DNA of 23,330 bases. It comes from Candidatus Thorarchaeota archaeon. Its GTDB lineage: Archaea > Asgardarchaeota > Thorarchaeia > Thorarchaeales > Thorarchaeaceae. Of this stretch, positions 7,862-16,735 are shown one piece after another. Position 1 is the first letter of the stretch. Every line of letters begins with the position of its first letter. Below the pieces are notes generated by a model that searched no databases, was not told the origin of the DNA, and was given only the letters and a program-made list of their open reading frames with translations. The stretch is from positions 1-23,330 of the forward strand of contig JBHLQH010000042.1 of the NCBI GenBank assembly GCA_048884965.1. The letters run 5' to 3'. Position numbers and translations under genes: made by a program.

Positions 7862-8695
7862 GTGCGTCGATGTGAATTCTGTGACTCTCCGGTCCCAGCA
7901 GATGCCGTAATTTGTCCTGTATGTAGAGAGGAGATCGCAGAAGAAACCCTTGAAAGGATTCTTCCTCTATTGAAACGACCAGAAACTCCAGAAGTGCGTG
8001 CGCTGGGGATCTTTGACCGCCTTTGGGGTGTGATACGTAGACCTGCCGCGACATATCGAGATATTGGTCAACGACCAGACTATGCAGGACCTTTCTTCAT
8101 CATATTCGCGAATGCTTTGGTGATGGCAGGCTTTTTCATTGCGATTTCATCGAAGATGACCAAAGTAGTATATCTGAATCAAACGCTGGGACAAACAGCA
8201 ACAGTTAGCATACTAGGTCTTCCAGAGGGAATCAGCTTCATGCTAACTGCTTTGATGAGCATTTTGCCAAATGTCCTAATAGGAATGGTCTATCTTGTAA
8301 TTGGAAGTGCATTTGCCCATCTGGCGTTCAAAGTAACTGGAGGAGTCGGAAGAAAGGGTAAGACGATCGCAATCGTCGGTTATAGTATGCTTCCAGTGAT
8401 AATCTTCAGATTGATTGGACTACTAGTAATTCTCTTGCAACCAGGAACATACCCAGTCTATGTCAATGATGCGCTTAATCGAAACGGGACTCCAGTAGTG
8501 TCAATCATCGCAGCCATATATGCTTCGCCAACTTGGATTCTCATCGACTATTTAGTCACTGCATCATTTGTGTGGGTCGGTTTCTTGCTTGTGTTTGGAA
8601 TTAGGGAGGCGCATAATACTTCAACATCATGGGCAATCTTGGTCTCAATTGCCTGTATGATTGTGCTGGTTTGGACCTTCTGGCAGATACATTGA
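7862..8695 (+). CDS. Zinc-ribbon + Yip1-domain membrane protein
   Basis: CEFC..VP..A.ICPVC ribbon; WGVIRRPAATYRDI...D..GP; about 5 TM helices; +VGYS.LP; GIREAH..S...A. GTG 7862 follows GGAGG (track start 7817). Confidence 0.82.
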   Translation: MRRCEFCDSPVPADAVICPVCREEIAEETLERILPLLKRPETPEVRALGIFDRLWGVIRRPAATYRDIGQRPDYAGPFFIIFANALVMAGFFIAISSKMTKVVYLNQTLGQTATVSILGLPEGISFMLTALMSILPNVLIGMVYLVIGSAFAHLAFKVTGGVGRKGKTIAIVGYSMLPVIIFRLIGLLVILLQPGTYPVYVNDALNRNGTPVVSIIAAIYASPTWILIDYLVTASFVWVGFLLVFGIREAHNTSTSWAILVSIACMIVLVWTFWQIH

Positions 8696-8709
8696 CGATT
8701 TTGATACCC

Positions 8710-9633
8710 TCAGAAGAACGGTATGAGCATGAAGGCAATTAGTCCTACAAGAGCTCCAATCTTGTCCAATGTGCTTCCGATAAGCAACCGCTTCTCATTG
8801 TCAGGTCCTGTAAGCGGTGCGATTGCAGCTCCAAGGACTACACTCCCACCAAGTAGCAAAAGGGGCCAAAGTATCAAAGAAGCATACCCCATGTACCAAA
8901 CAAGAACATAACACGTTACACCGATGATATTCAATAGAGCTGCAACAATCGCGGCAGCTTTGTAGCCATAGATTCTAGCGATAGTGCGCACATTCCTTAG
9001 AGCATCACCCTCAACATCCTCAGCGCCTTTGATGGTTTCACGCGCTTGTAGAATCATGAATGCAGTAATGAAGAAAAGCCAAGATGGAATCGGGATGACA
9101 ATATTCCCAATGCTTTCACCATAGATTATAGACCCGTAGATTATACCAAATGCAAAGGAAAAGGCAACCATAAAATTACCAGCAAGTCCAAGTTGCTTGA
9201 CCTTTGATGCATATGCATATCCTACTAGAAGGAAAATTATCACAACAATAGCTCCAATGGTTCCGTTCAGCCATGCAAAGACGACTCCGAGTATACCTAG
9301 GAAAAGAACATAGAACCACGCCTGCTTGATGGTCATGCGTCCACTGGGCAGCGCACGATGTGGGCGATTGATCTTATCGATTTCGATATCAAAAATGTCA
9401 TTAACGACATTGCCGCCAGCGGCAACAAGGAAGTAGGTGATATAGCCGAAAAGGAATTGTAGGAGCAACTGTGTGGTGTCAACAAAGCCTGTATCTACTT
9501 TTGCTGCGATCCCAATCCCTGCAAGGACCGTAATTCCTCCAATTATACAGTTCTGAGGCCGAGTTATAGATAGGAATGCCTTCAAATCAATCCTACTTGT
9601 TTTAGAAGGTGAGTTGCTCTTGATTTCATCCAT
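8710..9633 (-). CDS. UbiA-family prenyltransferase, digeranylgeranylglyceryl phosphate (DGGGP) synthase-like
   Basis: RPQN, NDIFDIEIDKINRPHRALPSGR and ARETIKGAEDVEGD Asp-rich motifs. Likely start ATG 9633 (track 9711). Confidence 0.88.
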   Translation of the reverse strand: MDEIKSNSPSKTSRIDLKAFLSITRPQNCIIGGITVLAGIGIAAKVDTGFVDTTQLLLQFLFGYITYFLVAAGGNVVNDIFDIEIDKINRPHRALPSGRMTIKQAWFYVLFLGILGVVFAWLNGTIGAIVVIIFLLVGYAYASKVKQLGLAGNFMVAFSFAFGIIYGSIIYGESIGNIVIPIPSWLFFITAFMILQARETIKGAEDVEGDALRNVRTIARIYGYKAAAIVAALLNIIGVTCYVLVWYMGYASLILWPLLLLGGSVVLGAAIAPLTGPDNEKRLLIGSTLDKIGALVGLIAFMLIPFF

Positions 9634-9743
9634 TGATACGCCGCACCCATCTTCAAGGTCATCGCACCGTTGATTAAAGGGTTTCGGGAGTTGAAGATTA
9701 GTGACACCCAATGACTCTTATCTAGTGACCTAATCGCAAGTAG

Positions 9744-10265
9744 ATGGGGCTGAATCAAATGTTTGAAGATCTTCCAAAGGAATCTCTCCTAAGAATCATC
9801 GATATGTATGCAAAGGCATGGCAAGCCATGGATGGAGCATACTTCCTCTCCTTGGAAAAGGAATTTGGAATGGATGTCGCAATTCAGATGGACAAGGAAG
9901 CATGGCGTATATTTTCTCCAATAGAGGCAAAACGGATCATGCAAGTAATGGGCATCGAAGAGAATGGAGGACTTGAAGCACTAGCAAAGGCGCTTGAGTA
10001 TCGTGTATATGCTGTATTGAATTCACAAAAGATAGAATGGAAGCACGATAACATGTTATTGTTTACTATGGAATCCTGCAGAGTGCAAGTGGCAAGAAAT
10101 AGAAAGGGATTGCCAGACTTTCCTTGCAAATCAGTGGGACTCATAGAGTATGAGGAATTTGCAAAAGCCATTGATCCAAGAATCAAGTCCAGATGCGTAT
10201 TCTGTCCTCCTGATGCGCATCCTGAGAACGCATATTGTCAATGGGAGTTCACTCTGGAGGAATGA
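9744..10265 (+). CDS. DUF6125-like protein (V4R/H-NOX-like fold, Cys-rich C-terminus)
   Basis: W.A.DG.YFL..E..FG.D.A, CRVQ.AR.RKGL..FPCK and C..CPPD.HP...YC.W.F. Confidence 0.75.
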   Translation: MGLNQMFEDLPKESLLRIIDMYAKAWQAMDGAYFLSLEKEFGMDVAIQMDKEAWRIFSPIEAKRIMQVMGIEENGGLEALAKALEYRVYAVLNSQKIEWKHDNMLLFTMESCRVQVARNRKGLPDFPCKSVGLIEYEEFAKAIDPRIKSRCVFCPPDAHPENAYCQWEFTLEE

Positions 10266-10269
10266 TTCC

Positions 10270-11115
10270 CTGGAAGACGTGCTATTCGGACCAGCTGGAT
10301 ATCCTGAAGATGCCAAGGGAAATCCAAAGAGAGTGTTTGAAATCATCAAAGAAAGTGGACTCAACGCACTTGAGTATGCTGCGGTCCATGGATTGCGGAC
10401 CAAAGAAGAAAAAGCACGTCTTATTGGCGAATTGGCAAAGAAGCAAGGGATTTCGATGAGCATGCATGCTGCATACTACATCAGTTTGGCCTCAAAGAAT
10501 CCAGAAACACGAGAGAGGTCAAAGCAGCGGCTCGTAAAGGCTCTTACATTCGCCCCTATGATGAGAGTGAAACGAATCGTATTTCATGCGGGATCCTACG
10601 GAGGACTGACTCCAATTGATGCACATCAGGTAATCCGGAAAGCATTACAGGAAATATGGGAAGAGGCAGGACATCTTGGTGAAGGTGCAGTCCTTGCACC
10701 TGAGATTGCTGGAAAGATCAATGTCTATGGGTCAGTTGACGAAATCATTAGACTCTGTGCAGAGGTCGAGGGATGTATCCCAACCATCGATTGGGCACAT
10801 TTGTACGCAAGGAGTCAGGGGAATATCAATGACAAAGAGAATTATCTAAGAATCCTCGAACAATTCGAAAGGAGTCTTGGAGACGCTTTCACGAGCAACC
10901 TACATTTTCACGTTAGTGGAATCGAATACACAAAGGCAGGAGAATCAAGACATAGACCTCTAGGTCAACAATGGGGACCTGATATCCTTCCACTCGTTGA
11001 AATCGTAGATGAAGTTGGTTACAAGCCAACATTCATTTCCGAAAGCCCTCAACCAATAATAGGCGCACTATACACCAAATACCTATTCGAAGGATTGGAG
11101 AAGTACCGAAGTTGA
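10270..11115 (+). CDS. nfo: Endonuclease IV (AP endonuclease family 2, TIM barrel)
   Basis: FGPAG, S.HA.YYI.L.S, VFHAG.Y, PE..GK...YGS, IDWAHL.AR, LHFH.SGIEY...GE.RH and ISESP. Start is likely CTG 10270 (SD GGAGG) or GTG 10279; the track start 10150 overlaps the upstream gene. Confidence 0.9.
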   Translation: MEDVLFGPAGYPEDAKGNPKRVFEIIKESGLNALEYAAVHGLRTKEEKARLIGELAKKQGISMSMHAAYYISLASKNPETRERSKQRLVKALTFAPMMRVKRIVFHAGSYGGLTPIDAHQVIRKALQEIWEEAGHLGEGAVLAPEIAGKINVYGSVDEIIRLCAEVEGCIPTIDWAHLYARSQGNINDKENYLRILEQFERSLGDAFTSNLHFHVSGIEYTKAGESRHRPLGQQWGPDILPLVEIVDEVGYKPTFISESPQPIIGALYTKYLFEGLEKYRS

Positions 11116-12455
11116 CAGATCTAGTATTCATTTTAGGAAAAAACTGGCTGCTCTCGCTAGCAGAGATGATCGTACTCTTAGAGGACAAAGGGATTCTCAA
11201 ATCACTAAAGGATTTCTCCAAGACCACTGCTATCGTTTCATTATCTGAACCTGTACGTGATGAGGATATTGTAGATATTCAAAGCGCTCTGGGAGGGTGC
11301 TTTAAGGTTGGTCGACTGATCGAAACCTATGACATCGAAGTTGCGAGAAAGGCGTTCCCACCTAAGGGCTCACACACTAAGAGAGACCGTGATCTCCTGA
11401 GCAAATGTACATGGGCTCCAGCAGTATGGGGGAAGCCGAGAGGAAAGAAGATCAAATATGGAGTGTCTTCATACCCATCTGGTGAAGAGAACACGACAAT
11501 CGATATGAAACGGTTTACAAGAGGCGTGAACGATTTCATAAAGACCCATCTCCTTGGTGAGAATGCCAGAAGGGCAGACTATGTTATCTATGACGAACCT
11601 GACAGAAGAGACCCTAGTCGGTCAAACACAGCTCTGTGGCCTCAAACCATATCAAAGCACGGGCTTCTCAAACCACCTAATGCAGAGATACTCGCAGCAT
11701 TCACAGAAACCAATCTCTACATCGCAAAGACGGTCGCTGTGTATGACTCGATGCTTCAACAATACAGAGATGAGTCACGACCCTTCATCTCATCAGAAAT
11801 CAGTACAAGTCCCAAGATCTGTAGAACCCTATTGACCCTTGCAGGTGCCAAAACAGGGGATTCCGTATTAGACCCATTCTGTGGAACCGGGACCTTGCTC
11901 ATGGAAGCGGCATTATTGGAGATGAAATGCATAGGGATAGATCTTGATAGCAATGCAGTAGAGGGGGCTCAGACAAATCTTAGATGGCTTGGAAAGGAAC
12001 TCGGGACCTATCTGGATATTACACTGATAAAGGGAAACGCTACGGATGCGGACAAGCTGGTTGGAAAAGAAGTGGATGCTATTGCGTTTGAACCGCACCT
12101 GGGACCTGTATATCGAGGCAAACCTGATACTCAAGAGGCAATCGATGTCATGGAGGAACTTACAGTTCTTTATCGAGATACCTTGAAAGCATTAGTGAAG
12201 ATTTTGAGACCTGACGGACGAATTGCTATGACAGTTCCAGTGATTCGGGCCAAGGAAAAAGAAATCACCATTGATTTCAATCAGATGCTGAAAGGAACAG
12301 GACTGCAGCTCTACAGATTCCTCCCTGAGAAAATCATTGATGATAAATCAGAGCGACCGCGGTCTATTCGAATCAACCCTAATAGAGGTGCATTGCCTGA
12401 GAGGAAACGTGGACAAGTTGTTCAAAGACAGGTTATCATGCTTGGAAGGGGCTAG
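11112..12455 (+). CDS. Trm11/Trm-G10-like SAM-dependent RNA methyltransferase
   Basis: RD..RP, SPK+.R.L+.LA, VLDPFCGTGTLLMEA and IGIDLD; motif IV variant FEPHLGP; 4-nt overlap with the nfo stop. Confidence 0.8.
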   Translation: MTDLVFILGKNWLLSLAEMIVLLEDKGILKSLKDFSKTTAIVSLSEPVRDEDIVDIQSALGGCFKVGRLIETYDIEVARKAFPPKGSHTKRDRDLLSKCTWAPAVWGKPRGKKIKYGVSSYPSGEENTTIDMKRFTRGVNDFIKTHLLGENARRADYVIYDEPDRRDPSRSNTALWPQTISKHGLLKPPNAEILAAFTETNLYIAKTVAVYDSMLQQYRDESRPFISSEISTSPKICRTLLTLAGAKTGDSVLDPFCGTGTLLMEAALLEMKCIGIDLDSNAVEGAQTNLRWLGKELGTYLDITLIKGNATDADKLVGKEVDAIAFEPHLGPVYRGKPDTQEAIDVMEELTVLYRDTLKALVKILRPDGRIAMTVPVIRAKEKEITIDFNQMLKGTGLQLYRFLPEKIIDDKSERPRSIRINPNRGALPERKRGQVVQRQVIMLGRG

Positions 12456-13285
12456 AAGAGATACCGGACGACATCATCGAGAATGGCATATGTTTCAAGA
12501 CGATTGAGGTCGCGTTTTACGTAGACCATCGCATGCTCAAAGATCATATCACGGAATGCTTCCTTATCTGCCAGGTCCTTGGTCGCTGTGGCTACGATTC
12601 TTAGCAAATCCTCTAGGGCATCACGAAGCTTGCTATAATTAGTCTTGTAGACGTCTATGCTCAGAACCTCTACACCATTCTCATCGATAGTCACTTCTTG
12701 AAGGCATTGATTGGACTCGATGACAGGCTCGGAGAGTTCCTTAATCCGTTTCATGAGCTTCTTTTTGGTCTTCTTATCTAGCTTAATACTGAGTATCGCT
12801 CTAAAGAGATGGCTATAGACCTCCAGACAATCCATGCTCTTTCCAGCTAGAAGCGCTTCATCGGTTTCTTCAAACTGATTGACCAGTTCATCGACGAAGT
12901 TCCCAAAACGATTGAAGGTCTGGGGATTTCCATGCCAGCCGCTCAGGATTTCGTCTACAGTTTCGCCATCAGGAATCTCATTTCGCATGAACTCATTCAG
13001 AGCGTACTCAAGGATGAACCGCATATGCCCTATACGTGCTGCTTTTGATACTACCATAACAAAAAGGAGGTGCTCATTCTCCTGCCAGACGTAACGACTT
13101 GTCTCAGTATCTATGATTCGAAGGTTCTCATGAGAGGCTTTATCGATGAAGGTATGAGTAGCAGAAAGAAAGGGAGCTATCAAATCCATGTCAATCTCAA
13201 TGCCACTATAGGCTCGAGAAACGAGATTCCTACCTGTCGTCCGTTCTATCAACCAGACGCCTTGTATCAATCGTCTATCAGACAT
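12452..13285 (-). CDS. Asgard longin-like domain protein with a helical C-terminal domain
   Basis: IQGVWLIE..TGRNLVSR.Y...+DMDLIAPFLSA..TF, then beta strands LRIID/RYVW/LLFVMVV and a helix, matching the longin b-b-a-b-b-b-a-a pattern. ATG 13285 follows GAGGA. Confidence 0.7.
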   Translation of the reverse strand: MSDRRLIQGVWLIERTTGRNLVSRAYSGIEIDMDLIAPFLSATHTFIDKASHENLRIIDTETSRYVWQENEHLLFVMVVSKAARIGHMRFILEYALNEFMRNEIPDGETVDEILSGWHGNPQTFNRFGNFVDELVNQFEETDEALLAGKSMDCLEVYSHLFRAILSIKLDKKTKKKLMKRIKELSEPVIESNQCLQEVTIDENGVEVLSIDVYKTNYSKLRDALEDLLRIVATATKDLADKEAFRDMIFEHAMVYVKRDLNRLETYAILDDVVRYLF

Positions 13286-13422
13286 GGATTCCTCATCTTT
13301 TCTCTGGTATCTAAGTATGATAAGCATATGTGGGATTTAGCATCAAATTATATACTAGTGTAATATTCTCGAGAGAAAATATCCTGATAGAAAATATGAG
13401 ATATTTTGATTGATGAGAAAGG

Positions 13423-13460
13423 AATAGTTGGGATGGGGCGCCAACCCCATCCATACTATT
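13423..13460 (-). terminator. Strong hairpin 3' of tfb
   Basis: Plus strand AATAGT-TG-GGATGGGG-CGCCAA-CCCCATCC-AT-ACTATT, 18 nt after the tfb stop. Confidence 0.55.
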
Positions 13461-13478
13461 GGAAAAGGCTTCAAACTG

Positions 13479-14435
13479 TCACGTTGTGGATATGCGCAGT
13501 TTATCGACCATTTCCTTGTAACGGTTTCTCACCGTCACCTCTGTCACTCTTGCAGTTCGAGCAATCTCTAGTTGAGTGCGTCTGGCTCCTGTCAGGATGC
13601 TAGCAACATAAATCGCTGCAGCAGCCATGCCCTTAGGATCCTTCCCGATTGTCAGTCGCTCCTGTTTCGCCAACTGTAGAATTTCGATCGCCTTTGCCTT
13701 TGCCTCACCAGGGATTCCCAACTCAGTGCCGAATCTGTGTATAAAGTCGATTGGCGATGAATGTGGAATCTTTAGGTTTAGATATCGAAGAATCAATCGT
13801 ACACAGAGACTCAGCTCCTTCCGAGTAATGTGTATCTGATCTGTGATTTCTTCCAGAGGTCGAGGAACCTGATGAACCCTACACGCTAGGTACAATGAAG
13901 CCGCAATCATACCAAGAATAGTACGACCGCGAGTCAGACGTTTTCGTAATGCTTTCCTGTAGATGACAGCAGAAGTCTCTCGAATTGAGTAGGGAATGCT
14001 CAATTGAGAACTGATTCTATGCAACTCAGTCATCGCTACTGCTAAGTTGCGTTTATCAGAAGAGTGAACTTTCGTTCGTATCTGCCACTTTCGCAATCTG
14101 TGAATCTGTGCTCTTCGAGTCGAGGTAAGCTTCCTCCCTGCAGCATCAACATTCTGTCTGCCAATAATGGTGGTAAGCCCTTGATCGAACTTACTCCAGT
14201 CAGCGGGACCTCCTACTCGTTGACGAGAATTCTGCTCATCAGCAGTAAAGGCACGCCATTCTGGACCCATGTCAATAGACCTGTCAGACAAAACTAAGCC
14301 ACAATTGGAGCAAATAACCTCACCACGTGTATCATCATGATACATAGAGGTTGAAGAACAAGCAGAACAGACATAACTGGCAGTGGACTCTTGCTGTTTC
14401 CGAGATTTCGCTTGTTTACTGGCCAGTCCAATCAT
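13479..14435 (-). CDS. tfb: Transcription initiation factor IIB (TFB)
   Basis: CSAC..GEVICSNCGLV Zn ribbon, D.GPEWRAF, R.RVG, RLRKWQ.R, two cyclin repeats and VTEVTVRNRYKE. Alternative CTG start at 14426. Confidence 0.97.
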   Translation of the reverse strand: MIGLASKQAKSRKQQESTASYVCSACSSTSMYHDDTRGEVICSNCGLVLSDRSIDMGPEWRAFTADEQNSRQRVGGPADWSKFDQGLTTIIGRQNVDAAGRKLTSTRRAQIHRLRKWQIRTKVHSSDKRNLAVAMTELHRISSQLSIPYSIRETSAVIYRKALRKRLTRGRTILGMIAASLYLACRVHQVPRPLEEITDQIHITRKELSLCVRLILRYLNLKIPHSSPIDFIHRFGTELGIPGEAKAKAIEILQLAKQERLTIGKDPKGMAAAAIYVASILTGARRTQLEIARTARVTEVTVRNRYKEMVDKLRISTT

Positions 14436-14590
14436 CTCCCTGCATCTCTACCGAGGGAACGTAGAGTTGCTGTTCGAGCGTTGTGTGTACCGATGTTGCA
14501 TCGCTCATGGCGTCTGAACGAAGCATCTATGTGGGGCACGAGCGGGGGATTGCGTTCTCGAGAGAGAACTGGTTTCGTCAAGCAACAAAT

Positions 14591-14606
14591 ATATATAATG
14601 GTTTGC
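14591..14606 (-). promoter_or_regulatory. Candidate BRE-TATA promoter of tfb
   Basis: Minus strand GCAAACCA-TTATATAT at the edge of an AT-rich tract; implies a ~130-nt leader. Confidence 0.55.
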
Positions 14607-14841
14607 ACGGAATTTTGCTTTCTATTTAGGATTATTTTATTAAAATCTCTTTTGAACTTTTGTTTTCTTTTAAAACATCGCTTATATTCGATATGTCGAT
14701 ATTCGACATTCTGAATGTTCGTATGTCACTAAGTGTAAATTACTACACACTTTCCCGATATGGCGATTGTACCAGGGACCTTTGAGCGCATCGTTTATGA
14801 AGAAACGAGTACGTTCTAGAGAATGATGGTGAAAGTTCCTC

Positions 14842-16734
14842 ATGAATCCATGGAAGACATTCTACAACGAAACAATCGAATTTCTAGCTGAAGCAGCTTC
14901 AGTGGATAGTAGGACCATGGAGAGATACATAGAGATTCCACCCGACCCCAGATTAGGGGATATGGCATGTACGATAGCCTTTCATCTTGCTAAAGAGCGA
15001 AAAGAGAAACCGTTCCCAATCGCGAATGAGATCGTGACTTCAATAAAGAAGAATATCAAAAACATCCCTCTACTAGAGAAAGTTGAATCCAAGGGTCCGT
15101 ACATCAATCTCTTCTTTGACAGGTCAGAATATGCAAAGCGTACGATACAAGCCGTCCTAGAACAAAAGGGCAATTATGGAAACACGGATGAGTTCGCTGG
15201 AAAGAGGGCACTCATAGAATCTCCTGCTGTGAATCCTTCAAAGCCTTGGCATATTGGACACACGCGAAATGCAGTTCTTGGAGATACTCTTGGGAATGTC
15301 CTGAAGGCTGCAGGATGGGATGTCGTCAAGCTGGATTACATCAATGACCTTGGACTTCAGATAGCCCAACTTGCTTGGAAGATAATGCAGCCCGATGTTA
15401 AGGCGAGTGGTGAAAAGTTCGACCACTTTCTTGGACTCCTCTACGTTAGTATACAAGAGGCGTTTGAGAACGATGAGAGGGTCAATGCACAGATCAGAGA
15501 GGTCTCTCGAAAACTGGAAGATCTGGAATCAGCAGAGTCACAAGCTAGTCTCAGAATGGTGACCGATTGCGTTAAGGCTCAGAATCAAACGGCTTATAGA
15601 CTGGGCATCTTCCACGACTATCAGGTATGGGAAAGTGCAATAGCGCACAGTGGGCTTTTGGATATCGCAAAGGAGATCATGCTGAAGGCTGAGAATATCA
15701 CCATTCTTGAGGAGGGCGAAAAAGCTGGATGTGTTGTAGCACGTCTCGATACTCTAGACGAATTCAAGGATATGCAGGACCCTAACAAGGTCCTCTTCAG
15801 GTCAGATGGGACGAGGACATACACTGGAGCGGATGTAGCGCTGCAGATGTGGAAATTTGGTATACTGAAGGACCCATTCAAGTACACACTCTTCGAAAGT
15901 CAGCCAAATGGAAGGGATGTTTTCCGGACATCCTTAGATGGCGAGGATATGCATCTTGGTAAATTCGATGCAGTCTTCAACGTTATCGGTTCATCACAAG
16001 CCCATCCTCAACGACTTATCTACGTAATTCTAGATTTATTGGGCTACAAAGAGCAGAGCGAAAATTCACATCACATCTCCTATGAATTTGTAGGGCTTGA
16101 GGACACGGGATTCTCAGGACGAAAGGGAACCTGGATTGGGTATTCAACTGATGTTGTCCTCGACAGAGCACAGGAGCTGGCGAAAGAGGAAGTCGCAAAG
16201 AGGAATGCTGACGAAACTGAAGAGTTCAAAGAAACTGTCGCAGAACAAGTTGGCTCTGGAGCTGTTCGATATTTCCTCCTAAATGCATCGCCGGATAGGA
16301 AGATAACATTCAGATGGAAGGAGGCATTGGACTTCAATGGTGACGCTGCACCATACTTGCAATACTCCCATGCAAGAGCCTCGAGAATTCTAGAAAAAGC
16401 TTCAGTCGAAGACATTGGAAAAGCTAATCTAGCACTCTTGACTCATGATGCTGAATTTGCTCTTTCTAAAGCTATAGCAAGATTCCCGGAAGAGATTCTT
16501 GAAACAGTAAGAGGCTTACAAAAGAATACATGGGGAACTAGTTTCCAGTCGAACAAACTCACAACCTTTTGCTACTCGCTCGCCACACTGTTTAGCAGAT
16601 TCTATGACTCTTGTCCAGTGTTGAAAGCAGAGGGAGATCTAAAGGCAGCAAGATTAGAGTTGGTGAGAGCCTTTAAGGTCACAATGGCGAATTGCCTCTC
16701 ACTTCTGGGTATTCCAGTCATCAATCGGATGTGA
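14842..16734 (+). CDS. argS: Arginine--tRNA ligase
   Basis: GD+A, GPYINL, NP.KPWHIGH.RNAVLGD, YINDLG.Q, RSDGT..Y...D+A, FSGRKG, G...PYLQY.HAR and FY..CPVL. Confidence 0.97.
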   Translation: MNPWKTFYNETIEFLAEAASVDSRTMERYIEIPPDPRLGDMACTIAFHLAKERKEKPFPIANEIVTSIKKNIKNIPLLEKVESKGPYINLFFDRSEYAKRTIQAVLEQKGNYGNTDEFAGKRALIESPAVNPSKPWHIGHTRNAVLGDTLGNVLKAAGWDVVKLDYINDLGLQIAQLAWKIMQPDVKASGEKFDHFLGLLYVSIQEAFENDERVNAQIREVSRKLEDLESAESQASLRMVTDCVKAQNQTAYRLGIFHDYQVWESAIAHSGLLDIAKEIMLKAENITILEEGEKAGCVVARLDTLDEFKDMQDPNKVLFRSDGTRTYTGADVALQMWKFGILKDPFKYTLFESQPNGRDVFRTSLDGEDMHLGKFDAVFNVIGSSQAHPQRLIYVILDLLGYKEQSENSHHISYEFVGLEDTGFSGRKGTWIGYSTDVVLDRAQELAKEEVAKRNADETEEFKETVAEQVGSGAVRYFLLNASPDRKITFRWKEALDFNGDAAPYLQYSHARASRILEKASVEDIGKANLALLTHDAEFALSKAIARFPEEILETVRGLQKNTWGTSFQSNKLTTFCYSLATLFSRFYDSCPVLKAEGDLKAARLELVRAFKVTMANCLSLLGIPVINRM

Positions 16735-16735
16735 C

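Noticed and set aside
7524-8054. 176-aa minus-strand ORF and the other short antisense or overlapping ORFs in the track
   Set aside because: They are shadows of well-supported genes on the opposite strand or another frame and show no motifs.
14391-14714. 107-aa plus-strand ORF
   Set aside because: It lies antisense to the tfb leader/promoter and runs through a low-complexity AT tract, with no protein-like features.
14600-14760. Replication origin
   Set aside because: AT-rich with palindromes, but no ORB/G-string repeats and no cdc6/orc1 gene nearby.
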